In this document: in pieces, positions 24,589 through 38,119 of the stretch
Layout of the letters: each line of letters opens with the position of its first letter
How positions within the stretch are numbered: the stretch's first letter is position 1
NCBI RefSeq assembly: GCF_018350175.1
Contig: NC_058368.1
Span: 172,548,001-172,612,000, forward strand
Length of the DNA: 64,000 nucleotides
Source: Felis catus
Lineage: Eukaryota
Reading direction: 5' to 3'
Notes under the pieces: model-generated
What the model saw: the letters and a program-made list of their open reading frames with translations, nothing else
What the model was told of the DNA's origin: nothing
Databases searched by the model: none
Made by a program: the position numbers and the translations under genes

Positions 24589-26823
24589 GGAAAGCAGGGT
24601 AAAAAAAACCAAAACAGCTTGAAAACCTGGAAAAGGTTTCAGTTGAAAGTTGAAAGCTAGAGATGAGAAGAGAGATACTAGGTAGCTACAAGGAAAAAGA
24701 TAAAGAGATATTGGGATTATTAAAATTACATTTGTAGGTTATGAATTGGATGTCCGTTGCTATTCTCAAGGGTTACTGGATTGAGTTTTCTTTGAAGCAA
24801 GCAAGAAGGAAGCAAGACTGGGTCATGTGGACACCACATTTATTTGGGTAACAATTGTATAGTCCAGATCCAGACCATACAACCCTGAAGACAACCAAGC
24901 GAAGGGTGGGTAGCCATTGTCCTTGAAGACAATCAAGGAAGGATGGGGTTTGGCCCTCAAGCCAATGTCTGGTTTCATTACTGGGATTAAAAGGCCATCT
25001 GTCTCCTTCTTACTGCTGCTACTGACTCCTGGCTCTGTTGGTTATGTTAATGGAAAAGGCTTTTATTGTTCATCAATTATTACAGCTCTTTTAGGTTAGT
25101 GGCTCATTTAGTATTCTAATTCTCTGTATTGAATCAGCTTCTGGGCCAATGACCCAATGATAATAACAATAGTAATGTAAAATGGGCTTTACATTGTTTT
25201 AGGTCACTTATCCCTAAAATAACCCTATGAAGGAAGTAACTGCTGTAGAGGAGAAAGCTGAGGTTAAAAGAATATAAGTAACTTATTCAAGCTCAGAGCC
25301 AGCAAAGGGCCGAGCTGTATGCTTAAACATAATACAATACAGTCTCTTCATCTTAGATCATTCAGTCTCCCTGAATGATCACAAATCTGTACCTCAGATC
25401 CAGCCCAGGCACTTCAACTCTCTTTATCATGGAATATGGTCCCCTGTCTGACTTTCCATCTCCACTTTCCAGGAAGGCTGGAGCAGCTTTCTTTGTCTGA
25501 GAGCTAAATCGGTTTCCAGGTACCAAGTCTGGAGAGTCTTGGGAACATGACATTCCTGTAATTTGTAGTAACTGGTCCAGCCCTCTCTGCATCCACCTTT
25601 CCTCAGCTCTGATTAAACCTCTCTCCCTGGGGGTTTGCAGGTATCTGTGTACATTAAGATCCCACTTTGATTTTTCAACAGCTGAATTTAGAGCTAGAAG
25701 AGGTCTTAGAAATACCTAGTCCAACCACCTCCTTTGACAGATGAGGAAGAACACATGTTCAATGTGAATACATTTTGACATTCACTTATAGTTGGCTCAT
25801 CCCCCAAGGATTTTTTTTAAAAGATATATCTTTCTTTTTTAACTGGAGACACTATTAAATTGGCTAGAGTTCAAATAAACACGTCCTCCCCACATTCTCT
25901 CTCTCCAGATCGGCTTTCTCAGAGATGGAAGGCGCTACCTCTGAGACTGTTCAACACATGGGGCCTCTGTGCTCATGCCAAAAGTCCAGCAGTGTCTGGA
26001 ACTGCCAAGGGGCAGCCCACCGAGGGAGAGCATTTTGAGACAGAGGGCCAGCTGCCTCATTCCGGGGGAATCTCTGGAAGAGAGCCAGCAAATAGTTGTG
26101 GCTTTGTGGACCTTCTTCAGGAGTCTTATGGGGCTGGAATCTGGCCATTATTTGGGGAGAGATGGCCCGGCCTATTCAAAGGGAATAGGAGGAGGAAAAA
26201 GGAAAATGAAATCTGTCTTGAAAACAATACACTCGAAATGTGAATGTTACCACCACCATAAATAAAATAAGGAACACGTACGACATCTCACAATAGGACA
26301 GAATTACATCCCATTTCCATCATGTGCCTCTTTTCAGTTTCCAAAATTTTTTAATTATGCCAAGACAGAGAGCCCTTTTTTGAGAGATGGAGCACCCCCG
26401 GGGCAGGGGTGGGGGCTGTTCTATCAGTGCGGTCAGTCAGTCAGTCAGTCTTGCCTCTCCTTTCCTCTTGGTGCATAATCTCTGAAGGAGGAACATTTGT
26501 GGAAGAGCTTTGAGTCTGGTAAGGACACATAACTCGTGAAAATATCATAGTTCCAGACACAACTGGCTTTACATCAGAACAATCGTTCCAGGGTAAACAT
26601 TTTGTTTAAATATTAATCTTAAGTAAAGCCAGACACAAGAATACAGTCTTAATAACAAAGAAAGGCAGCAAAGTCCTCAAGTGAAAGGGAATTAATACAT
26701 GTTTCACCAGACTGACAAACCCTACTGACACAGAATAGCAGCCTTAGGTCCAGGGACCCCCTATGGTCTTTTGGTTTTCAGATTTGATACACTGCCTTCA
26801 TCTGTAATGCATACAGACCCAGC

Positions 26824-27267
26824 TTTTTTTTTTAATTTTTTAAATGTTTACTTATTTATTTTTGAGAGAGAGAGACAGAGTGTGAGAGGGGGAGGGGCAG
26901 AGAGAGAGAGGGAGACACAGAATCCGAAGCAGGCTCCAGGCTCCGAGCTGTCAGTACAGAGCCTGATGCGGGGCTCGAACTCACAAGCTGGGAGATCACG
27001 ACCTGAGCCGAAGTCAGACGCTCAACCAACTGAGCCACCCAGGTGCCCCCCTTTTTTTTTAATTAGCCATTAGGGGCACCTGGGTGGCTGAGTCGGTTAA
27101 GCATTCGACTTTGGCTCAGGTCATGATCTCATGATTCGTGAGTTTGAGCCCGATATTGGGCTCTCTGCTGTCAGCACAGAGCTTGCTTCAGATCCTCTTT
27201 CCCTGCCCCTCTCTGCCCTTCCCCTCTTCTCTCTCTCTCTCTCAAAAATAAATAAACATAAAAAAAT
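26824..27267. mobile_element. Divergent head-to-head Can-SINE pair (-26824-27050, +27073-27267)
   Basis: Heads about 20 bp apart. Confidence 0.9.
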
Positions 27268-27379
27268 AGCCTTTATACTGATATAAGGAATAAATACTCT
27301 GTTTTTGTATATTAAGAATTTCTTCTTTAATATTTTTTCCCTGGCATTATAAAATTGTCACCTTAAAAACATCAGTACT

Positions 27380-27597
27380 GGGGCGCCTGGGTAACTCAGT
27401 CAGTGGAGCAGCTGACTCTTGATTTCAGCCCAGGTCATGATCCCAGGGTCATGGAATCAAGCCCTGCACTGGGCTCCATGCTGAGCATGGAGCCTGCTTA
27501 GGATTCTCTCTCTCTCTACCTCTGCCCCTCTCCCCAGCTCACATGTGCACACGCTCTCTCTCTCTCTGTCTCTCTCAAAACAAAAACAAAAACAAAA
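27380..27597 (+). mobile_element. Can-SINE
   Basis: TSD tcagtact. Confidence 0.88.
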
Positions 27598-27775
27598 CCG
27601 TCAGTACTAAAAGTCCTGAGATTTCAATGCCAATGGGGAAAGAGAAGGTATTTTAAAACAAGGAGGGATGATCTTCAAAGAATTCTCCAATGCAACTACA
27701 CAAATAAAGGTATAACATTTGATTCTGATCTTGTCACTCATATTTGATTTTTTTCCTCTCCAATAAAGAAGGTTT

Positions 27776-27968
27776 GGGGTACCTGGCCAGCTCAGTTGGT
27801 TAAGCGTCCAGTTCTTGATTTCAGTTCAAGTCATGATCTCTTAAGCCCCATGCTAAAAGCACGGAGACTGCTTAGGTTTCTCTCTCTCCTTCTCTCTTTG
27901 CCCCTCCCCAGCTCACACATGCCTGTACACTCACTCTCTCTCTCAAAATAAATAAACTTGAAAAAAAA
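27776..27968 (+). mobile_element. Can-SINE
   Basis: Typical structure; agaagg-containing TSD. Confidence 0.82.
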
Positions 27969-28324
27969 ATGAAGAAGGCTTGCAATATAGATTAAATATA
28001 TATATATATATTATATAGTATGTCACATATATTGCATGTAACAAATAAAAGTTAATACTGTTTGTCCCATGCTCTAATTTGCTATTAATGTCCAACCATT
28101 CATCACTGCCAGCCTGATCTCTAACAGTCACCAGGAAAATCCTACAAAGGGCTAGCTCGCCTGCTTATTGGGAATGAAATAGCACAAATGGTTCATGAAC
28201 TAATAAATTGTGTAATTACTTTCAGGTCAGGGAGGATACTTAACAAAAAGCCAGTTTGATATCCCTCAGCACCAGGGATTTAAGTGAGAGAAAAACAGCT
28301 AATTGTAAAAGCTAGAGAATAGGA

Positions 28325-28460
28325 CCTATGAGGAAAGCTAAAAGAAACAAGTTACTTAGCCTGGAAAAGACACAGCTGAAAAATGTTCTAATAAAGATAA
28401 ACCTGCATATGTGAAAAGTAGAATAGATGATTGAGGCAAGGAAGAAAGAACAAGAGTAAA
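28325..28460 (+). mobile_element. CR1/L3 ORF2 3' fragment
   Basis: tatgaggaaagctaaaagaaacaagttacttagcctggaaaagacacagctga resembles the CR1 YEERLKELGLFSLEKRRL motif. Confidence 0.45.
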
Positions 28461-30755
28461 ATGAGACCAACATAATGATGTCAGGGATTCAACACTGTAA
28501 CCAGAAACTGAGAAAGAGTTGTTTCCTTCTTCCCTACCTTCCTTCCTTCCTCTCTTCTTTCTTTCTTCCCTTCCCTTCCCCACCCTCCCCCACTTCCTTC
28601 CACAGTGTGCACTAGGTATGTACTGTCAACAAGATACCTGCCTCAGCAGAGGCCAGTAGCCCTCTTTCCTGTGATGATTTCTGTGGACTTTAATCTAAAG
28701 ACAAATTGGGAGTTAGCTTATTTAGGATTCGTATTTTCTTTTTAAGGGAAGCAGAGCAGGGTAAAGTGAAATAGGAAAAGAGCAGTATTCAAGCTTGGAA
28801 CAGTCAGTGACTAGGCTCTGAGGTGAAACTGCCCATGGGTTACAAGTGCTAAGCCCCAGGACAGGCTACATGTGGATCTGGGAGACGGAAGAAGACAAAA
28901 ACTAGCCATGAGCTTATCTCTTTGGTCACATAAGTCTAAACTGATCCAAGAAGTATCTGCAAATCACAACAAATAAATTATGATATTAAAATGTATGTAT
29001 TTCCAGATTAGAAACTTTTAAAAATTTGTAGTCCTGCATGGGACAGAAAAAAAAGGTCACCTTTGTTTGGATGGGGAGGCCTGGGTGGTCTCACATGTAG
29101 GTAGAGAATATGGCTGCCTTTGGAGTATGACTTATTTCTATCACAAAAAAAGTTTACTTTTTCCTTCATAAAAGGAACACATGCTCATTATGTACAATTT
29201 AAGGAATGCACTGCCAATATTTTAGTGAATTTGTTTAAAATACGATTTTACACACATTAGAAGGGTCTCTCCCTGTACACACCCTCCCGCAAATCCCCAA
29301 GAATGAAATTCTTTCATTAGACTCTTTCCTTGAGTTAAAGTTCATAGTTAAAATCAAATATTGGGTCAGGAAGAAATAACATTAAATATTACCGTTATTA
29401 ATACCTTACTTTGAATTAGTTTATTAATTTAAGCCTGAAGAACTGCCTTTAAAAACTTGAGAGGCCACAGAGGTGTTCAGGGTCCTGAGGGGTCTCTGGG
29501 AGGAGGCGAGGGAGCTCCATGCTACCATGGGGTCAGTTGTGGGCCTGGCCCTGCTGGGGACCCCACAGCCTGAGACAGTTCTTTTGGCAAATATAACAAA
29601 TGGTCTTTGACTGACATGGTGCCCCCAAACTGGCAGCATCATGAACAGAGATGTCTGCAAACCCCAGGAGATAAAGCACTTTGGCTAGGATCATTTACTT
29701 ATCATGACCCATATGGGACCTAGCACACTTCTGAAGCCACTTAACAGATGTTCTCATAGCATATGCTACATTAAGAAGTGCTTATAAGGTGGTTCAGAAT
29801 TTCCACAACTCTCTCTAAAGATGATTTTGAAATTCTTTTCCTAAGCATTTTGAAACACATTCCCCTTAAACTGACCCATAGTACACCTCTACACACACGC
29901 CAGAGAGAATGTCAGCCTCGAGAGGCAGCATTTCCATAATGCACCATCAGCATCTTTGATGAAGTCTACACAATGCAAATTCCTGAAGTACTTTTACAAA
30001 CACTTATCTTTCTCTTCAGGAGGACAGTTCGTCTTCATTCTTAGCAATCAAAATGTATTAACAGAAGGGCCTTGTAGGTTGTGATTCATCCTTTCTGAGG
30101 ACAGCACTTAAGCTTTTTTTTTTGTTTTTTCTCCTCCATTCTCTCTCTGCCCTACATCCTCTCTGCCGTTTTTATTCTCGTGCATCTTTCCTTGTCCACA
30201 ATTGTATATTCTTCTTTCCTACCTATGACGTAGGCCAGCACATGCTGCCACAGAGGAAGTAAAATAAGAACTCCTAGCTGGTGGCATTCTTCTGACCATC
30301 TGATGCCCTTCCACCTCTTCTACAGACCCCTGAGATGAAGCCAAAGTGTCTGTGGAGGGCTTCGAGTGTGGGCGGAGAGATTAGAGTCAGGGAATATGCA
30401 TTTATTATAATAACAACAGCTAACACTTATGAAACACTTACTGTGTTCCAAACACTGTTCTACATGCTTTCCATTTATGTAAAGTTCCATACTTTAATAC
30501 TTTTTCAGCTGCATACTTCAAAGCAGAAAACTGACTATGCTCCACGTCCAAACCCTGTCATTTGTATGACCTGCATGAAGAAATTTAGAGGCAAGCCTCT
30601 TCCCAACCAAACACTGACATGTTCCTCTATTTGCAAGTAAGTAAACACATACAGACATATATAGATATCAAAATGTCAAAAGAAAAAAGGCTAAAGGTAG
30701 AGAAAAGTAACACCAAGAAAAATGTTTTAAATATCTTAACTGAGGTTGTATTTCT

Positions 30756-30983
30756 TTTTTTTTTTTTTAATTTTTTTTTTCAACGTTTATTTATTTTTGG
30801 GACAGAGAGAGACAGAGCATGAACGGGGGAGGGGCAGAGAGAGAGGGAGACACAGAATCGGAAACAGGCTCCAGGCTCTGAGCCATCAGCCCAGAGCCTG
30901 ACGCGGGGCTCGAACTCACGGACCGCGAGATTGTGACCTGGCTGAAGTCGGACGCTTAACCGACTGCGCCACCCAGGCGCCCC
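30756..30983 (-). mobile_element. Very young Can-SINE
   Basis: Perfect TSD tgaggttgtatttcttt. Confidence 0.96.
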
Positions 30984-31277
30984 TGAGGTTGTATTTCTTT
31001 ACATGTAGACCCTCCACAGGGTCTTTCCTTCCCTCTATACTATAACAAAAGGCCCTAAGGTAAAACAAGGGATTCTTCAGGAGATGAAAAAGAGTAACAA
31101 TTCAACAACTAGCTTTTTAAATTCAATTTATAATTTATCCAGAACATTTACTTATGTTATCTTACCAGTCACTGTGACAACCCTGTGAGGCAGGTATCAC
31201 CTATGTAATGTCCATTTTACAGATTAAGAAAATTGAGGTTTGTAACTGTCAAAGCATTTGCTCAAGCTACATACCAA

Positions 31278-31790
31278 GTGTTTCAGTTATCTACTACTAT
31301 GTGACAAACTACCCCAGAATGTCATGGCTTAAAAATCGATTTATAATTACTCATGACTCCGTGGGTCAACCAGGTTGGCTTGGCAATTCTTCTGCTCCAC
31401 AAAGCATCAACTGGGAGGTTGGCTGAGGCTGGAAAAATTGAGATGGCCTCACTGTCATGGCTGGCCATTGGCAGGGCACCTCAGTTCTCTTCCACTTGGC
31501 CTCTTCTCTTCCAAGATCTCTTTTTTCATAGTCTCTCTAACAGGATAGCCCAGACTTCTTTACATGGCAGACAAAAGAGGACAAAAATGGAACCTGCCAG
31601 GTCCCTTAAGGGTAGGCTTAGAAGTCACACAGAATCACTGCCACTGCCTTCTACTGGTCAAAGCAAGCCACGGCCAACCAGATTCAAGGGGAAGGAAGTA
31701 GATTCAGTCTGTTGAGAGAGAAGCCACATGCATGCACAGGAATGGGAAGAATCATGGGCAGCTATGTTTGCAGACAACTTACCACACTGT
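31278..31790 (-). mobile_element. MaLR LTR (old MLT1)
   Basis: tcagttatctactactatgtgacaaactaccccagaatgtcatggcttaaaa...gaagtcacacagaatcactgccactgccttctactggtcaaagcaag. Confidence 0.7.
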
Positions 31791-32626
31791 GAGGGGCATA
31801 GCTGGGACTCAGAAAGATCAGTAACGATGCCATTATGTTCAAGTCTAGGGTTATGGTTTCATTACATACCCATACACACGTGCAGGGGAGTAGTTCCCCA
31901 CTTGCTCTCAGGTGGTCCTGGCATCATTGCAACTATGCCTTTATATGTCATTTATCTGGAAGGCAGAGATTAAACAAGGCCCATATGTAATTGTTGATTT
32001 GACTTAATGTGCCACATGCTAATGTTCTCAGTGACAAACAACTGGCCGAACAATGGCTACTCGCTGATGAATGTTAATGACAAAGAGCCACTTGGCAGCA
32101 CAAATCAAGGGAAGAAGGTTGTCTATGTGACTGACTCATGGCCTTATTGAATTTTCTAGCTTCTAGACACATTTAGCAGTCATCCCATCAAACCCTCTCC
32201 TTTGACAGACACATTGTCACAGCTGAGATTCTTTTAGGCATGACACTCCTCCAGTGCCTAACTCACCTAACACACCCACTTGTCCCAGTCCTGCACGCAC
32301 ACGTGCACACACACACACACACACAATGCACACAGTTCAATTATTAAAAATGCTATAGAACAGTTAGTTTAAATAGGTGAAAATTAAAGTTGACACTTTT
32401 TCCCTAAGATTTTCACAAAGCTTGGGAAGTAACCAGAGCCACCATGGAGTGCCACAGTCTGTCACAACTGGTGCTTCACAAGCAGTCACCAAGCAGCGGT
32501 GGTTGTGGTTCTTCCACCTCCTTAGCCAAGGGCAATCCTGACGATGCCCTTTCTGTTTTTATGAACCATCACAAAAGGTGTTTTCCTCTTGTGTGAAAGC
32601 AGGCCTGATTTATAAGGGAATTTACA

Positions 32627-32843
32627 GGGGCACCTAGGTGGCTCAGTCAGTTAAGTGTCTGACTTCAGCTCAGGTTATGGTCTCATGGTTCGTGGGTTCA
32701 AGCCCCACATCAGGCTCTGTGCTGAGAGCTCAGAGCCTGGTGCTTACTTCAGATTCTGTGTGTGTGTGTCTCTCTCTCTGTCCCTCCTCTACTCACATGC
32801 TCACTCTCTCAAAATAAATTTTAAAAAGCATTTAAAAATTAAA

Positions 32844-32886
<43 letters not shown>
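32627..32886 (+). mobile_element. Can-SINE followed by (TA)n
   Basis: TSD gaa(a)tttacag. Confidence 0.9.
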
Positions 32887-32888
<2 letters not shown>

Positions 32889-33049
32889 GAAATTTACAGT
32901 TGCCTCCCAGGTGTTTTATGTGTCTCCACAGTTAAACTGGATGGGACAAGAAGAAAGACACAGAAGAGACAATCTCTGGGGTAGGGGTGGTGCAGGGACT
33001 AATTTAAGAATTATTAAAGCAGTAAGCACTAAATATAAAATGAAGAATA

Positions 33050-33260
33050 TTTTTTTTCCACGTTTATTTATTTTTGGGACAGAGAGAGACAGAGCATGAA
33101 TGGGGGAGGGGCAGAGAGAGAGGGAGACACAAAATTGGAAACAGGCTCCAGGCTCTGAGCCATCAGCCCAGAGCCCGATGCGGGGCTCGAACTCACAGAC
33201 CGCGAGATCGTGACCTGGCTGAAGTCGGACACTTAACCGACTGCGCCACCCAGGCGCCCC
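33050..33260 (-). mobile_element. Very young Can-SINE
   Basis: TSD tgaagaatattttt. Confidence 0.95.
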
Positions 33261-33537
33261 TGAAGAATATTTTTTAAAGAACAACCTAAAAAGCTGTTCA
33301 TATCCCTCCTTACTTAAAAAGGATTACAAAAATAAATAAACAAACAAACAAATAAATAAATAAAAAGGACTGCTTTGCTTGTTTTTGTTTTCATGTAATT
33401 CAGTAGATTTTGTAGCAGAATCCAGGGCCCAAGGCAGATGGGTGGTTTCCTTGATCATATGTCATTCTTCTAGCTAGATATCAGTCATAATAAAACCTTA
33501 AGGAAGACTAACTGAGCTAAACATTTTTAAAAAATTT

Positions 33538-33778
33538 GGTGGGGGGGAATGCAAGCTGGTGCAGCCACTCTGGAAAACAGTATGGAGGTTCCTCAAAAAA
33601 CTAAAAATAGAACTACCCAACAACGCAGCCATTGCACTACTAGGTATTTATCCATGGGATACAGGTATGCTGTTTCGAAGGGACACATGCACCCCCATGT
33701 TTATAGCAGCACTATCAACAATAGCCAAAGTATGGAAAGAGCCCCAATGTCCACCGATGGATGAATGGATAAAGATGT

Positions 33779-33832
<54 letters not shown>

Positions 33833-34217
33833 ATGGAATATTACTTGGCAATCAAAAAGAATGAAATCTTGCCATTTGCAACTATGTGGATGGAACTGGA
33901 GGGTATTATGCTAAGGGAAATTAGTCAGAGAAAGACAAAAATAATATGACTTCACTCATATGAGGACTTTAAGAGACAAAACAGATGAACATAAGGGAAG
34001 GGAAACAAAGTGATATAAAAACAGGGAGGGGGGGACAAAACAGAAGAGACTCATAAATATGGAGAACAAACTGAGGGTTACTGGAAGGGTTGTGGAAGGG
34101 GGGATGGGCTAAATGGGTAAGGGGCACTAAGGAATCTACTCCTGAAATCATTGTTGCACTATATGCTAACTAATTTGGATATAAATTTTAAAAAAATAAA
34201 AAATAAAATTAAAAAAA
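33538..34217 (+). mobile_element. 5'-truncated felid L1 3' end with internal (TA)22
   Basis: [19 protein letters not shown]...[17 protein letters not shown]; same 3' UTR type as the 8853-10260 copy. Confidence 0.95.
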
Positions 34218-34218
34218 A

Positions 34219-34427
34219 TTTTTACATTTATTTCTTTTTGAGAGACAGAGTGAGACAGAGTGTGAGCAGGGGAGGGGCAGAGAGAGAGGGAGACATCAAA
34301 TCCTAAGCAAGCTCCAGGCTCTGAGCCGCCAGCGCAGAGCCCAACGTGGGGCCCAAACCCAACAACCGTGAGATCATGACCTGAGCCGAAGTCAGACGCT
34401 TAACTGACTGAGCCACCCAGGTGCCCC
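34219..34427 (-). mobile_element. Can-SINE
   Basis: Typical structure. Confidence 0.9.
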
Positions 34428-35187
34428 AACATTTTAATTTACTTTAACTATATCAACTGACTTCAAAGAGAGGATCATCAACAAAATTATAAGAGCATAT
34501 AAATTCAAAAGATGCTCCTACACCATCCTCATCAACTGGAAATACTGAAATTTGTTGTATGAGAGGGACAGATATGCTGTTACACAGAATATATGAAAAG
34601 TATTAATCTGGGAGAGGAAATAATATGCACACACATAGATTTATACACTGAATAATATGAAGCAAATAATAACTGACTGAAATAAATTACATCCTGAGGA
34701 TGTAGACATATACACACTCAGAGTTGTCACTCATCCTTCACTATGTGTCCATGGCCTCCAGAGTAAAATCCAAACCCTTTTCACTTGACAAACCAAGTAT
34801 TTCATGTTGTCCCCTGCTTTCCACCCATTTGCCTCCTCTCCACACTGCCACGGCTCCAGTCCTACATGACTTCTTGCAGTCCCCAAGAGCACCGCAACCC
34901 CACTCTCTGGTATCCTTTATCCTCTACTCAGAAAAGCCTTCTTTGTGCCCAGCACTTGGCTCAGCTGACACCCCATGCTAGAAGGCTCCAGGTCCCTCCT
35001 TAACAAGCCAAGCCTGCAAGGCCACCTGCCGTCCTGCCTCGCTTTCCTCACCCTGCATGTTTGTCCTTCAGTGGGCCAGACTCCTCGCGGACAGAGGTGG
35101 CATCTTTTATCCTGCCTTCCCATCACCACCATCACCCTCCACCCACACTTGGCACATGGTAAGAATTCAATAAATATTATTTAGCAA

Positions 35188-35410
35188 GAGTGACTGGGTG
35201 GTTCAGTTGGTTAAGTGTCCGACTTCAGGTCAGGCCATGATCTCATAGTTCATGGGTTGAAGCCTCACATCCAGCTCTGTGCAGACACCTCAGAGCCTGG
35301 AGCCTGCTTCAGATTCTGTGTCTCCCTCTCTCTCTGACCCTCTCCTGCTCATGCTCTGTCTCTCTCTCAAAAATAAGTAACCACTAATAAAAGATAGATA
35401 GATAGATATT
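35188..35410 (+). mobile_element. Can-SINE
   Basis: TSD atattatttagcaa; (GATA)n in tail. Confidence 0.87.
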
Positions 35411-35524
35411 ATTTAGCAAATAAGGTCATATGTCAGGGGTCTGTTACAACTAACATAATTTATATGATAGGCATTTACAATACATTTAATCCTCACAGCA
35501 GCCCTCTGAGGCAGAAAGTGCAAC

Positions 35525-35872
35525 TCTGAAGGCCTTTTTCCAAATCTCTTAGAGTTAGATATGGTTTGAATTTCAGAAAGTTTTGAATTTTAGAAAGGCA
35601 GTATGTTGTGTTGAAGAGTATATATAATAGCCCCAAAGAGATTTGGCCAGCACTGATACTCATACATATATAATCACCTACAAACAATCAGAATCATATT
35701 CATACACATATGAATAATCACACTAAGTGATATAAATAAGGACAATAAATAGACTCTGGTCAGTTCACGTTAAGTTTTGCTTCCTAATGAGTTTGCAGTA
35801 ACCTTATGAAAAAGCCGTCAGTTTTAGAGCTTTTTAGATTTCAGAAATACTAATAGAGGAGTATGGAGCTGC
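35525..35872. mobile_element. Tigger-type relic (MER46C-like)
   Basis: Degenerate inverted termini with ttcagaa/ttttagagc motifs. Confidence 0.4.
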
Positions 35873-36864
35873 ACAATGGTCCCTATATATTTTAGAAATG
35901 AAAAAACGGCCACAGAAGGGTTAAATTACTTGTCCCAAATCATACAGCTAATAAACTAGAATTCAATGCCCAACTCCAGAACCCTACACTTAAAATTTGT
36001 AAAAAGGTTAAATGATGTAGTATTTGATACACACAAAATAATACAGGTGACACATGTAAATTAATGCCTAATAATTAAAATAACAAAATGAAAATTAACC
36101 TGCTACCCAACTTACAGAGATGAATCCTGATCTTAACTACCACCTCCCTTGGGCACAGCACCCCTGGGCAACCTAAGTCTGAGTTATTTATACGGCTGTT
36201 ACACAGGCTGAATTTTAATGGTTTTGAATGTCATGTTCTCGGGTGGGGCCAGGAGATCACGACAGGGAAATTAAGTCCTTTTTATAATATCAAGGGACCC
36301 ATGAAGAAGGGAGGGAACAAAATCATACTGCTTCCAAGATGTAAAAATGATGCAATTTGAGGTATAAATGAACGAGGGTTTTTACAAGGCACCGCAGGTA
36401 AATATCTAATGATTTGTGAGACCAGAACAGATTGATATGTGCTGCTCAAGTAGGCCAGCATACTGGGAGCCAGGACTGTTCCTTGATCTAAGCTGCTGGG
36501 CCAATTAGAAGGAATTAGAGAGGAAGGCTCTAGGGGTTACCCAAAGAAAGAGTGCCCCAGCCCTGACCAGTGAGGGCCTGGTGTGGTTATCCACAGACAA
36601 ACCCAAAGTGGCCTGGCTTAATAAGATCTCACTTTCAGGGGCCTGTGCACAGGAATTGACCAGAGGAATCTTCAACTCACCTACATCAAAGTTTAGAGGA
36701 TGACAGAGCTTTCATTTCAGCAAAGTGGAACTGCCTTTGTGAGAAAATTACTGATTCACGGACCCTCATCCTGAAAACAAACATCCCAAAGTTGTCAGAT
36801 ACCAGCGGGTCCCAGATAGCTTGCTCAAGAAGATTCGGGCAAGCTGAGAGGTCCAAGACCAGGG

Positions 36865-36878
36865 CTGTGTGTGCTGTG

Positions 36879-36926
<48 letters not shown>
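36865..36926. repeat. (TG)n microsatellite
   Basis: Seen directly. Confidence 0.95.
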
Positions 36927-36929
<3 letters not shown>

Positions 36930-38119
36930 AATGAAGATTCCAGAAAAATAAATCTTTTGGAAAAAAATCAGAATTCTGTGTTCGCAGAAACTTGTTTGAC
37001 CTACATTCTTCTGCTCTCTGGTGGGGAGGATTTTGAAGCACCTTTTGTAGAAGTATCTGGTAATCATGGGCTACCTCAGAAACCTGTGTTGCTGTTGACC
37101 ATTCAACCTTAGCTACCGCAAGGCAATCACTAATCTGGAAGTCAAAAGGCAGACGTGCTTCAAACAAAACTGGAGGACTCAGACATCTCAAAAAAAAAAA
37201 AAACAAAAAAAACAAAACTCAGAATCACTACGGGAAACACGCCTGTACACGCACACACACAAGCATACATCCACCTTGGTTCTAATCTGTGGGTACAGAC
37301 AAAGCAGGGCTACACATCCTGGGCCAGGGAACTGGATTGTAAACATGTGCTCCTGTTCACAGGATATTTGGGAAGGCTGAGAAAAAAGGGAAAATAACTA
37401 AAGCCAGAGAGATTAAGCAAGTTACCTAAGAGTCCTTTGCATGAAACCAGACATAGTGTTTATACCTCAATGATAAAGAAAGAATAAAAGGGGAAAAAAA
37501 AGAAGCCTCCCAAGTGTTTGTAGCTTAAGTTATTTCTAGCCTTTCATTATTGCCACAGGTAGATTTGAGGAGTATCTTCAGGGAAGGGAACCTTCTTTCC
37601 ATTGGAAATTCTTACAATCTGGAGGCAGGTAAGAGGCAAGACTGAGGCTCCTACACATCGTCCGAGGCACCTGTCAGTGTGGTTCCCCCAAGGGAAGAGG
37701 CACAGGAACTCTACGGGGGTGTGCTCATTTTTGAATCAACTAATATTTGCATCGGAGTCTCTTTTCCTGTGAATTTTCTCATCAGCATTCTTTCCTCTTT
37801 TCCTTCTCTTCCCCCTGAAACACATAACACACACACTGTGTCAGCAGCTCACCCCTAGTGGTTCGCAGAGCTAACTTCCAGCAACAAGGATGATGGCTTC
37901 ACCCCATTAAGACCTGCGGGAGGACTGTGGGAGGCTGCACGCTGCTCCAGGCCCCTCTAACAGCCCCCCGCTCTACACTGTGTGCAGTGTGCCCAGAGCT
38001 GCAAAAGAAAGGATCCTTTTTTAAGCCCCTGCTTCTTATAAATGTAGCTTGTCACCTCCGAGCAAAATTTTGGAGACAGAGCTCGATGCCTTACATTTGG
38101 CTGCTGCTACCCCACACGT

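Noticed and set aside
24885..24947. Imperfect 38-bp-period repeat (tgaagacaa..aag.gaagg.tggg)
   Set aside because: Only two degenerate copies, probably internal to an old LTR.
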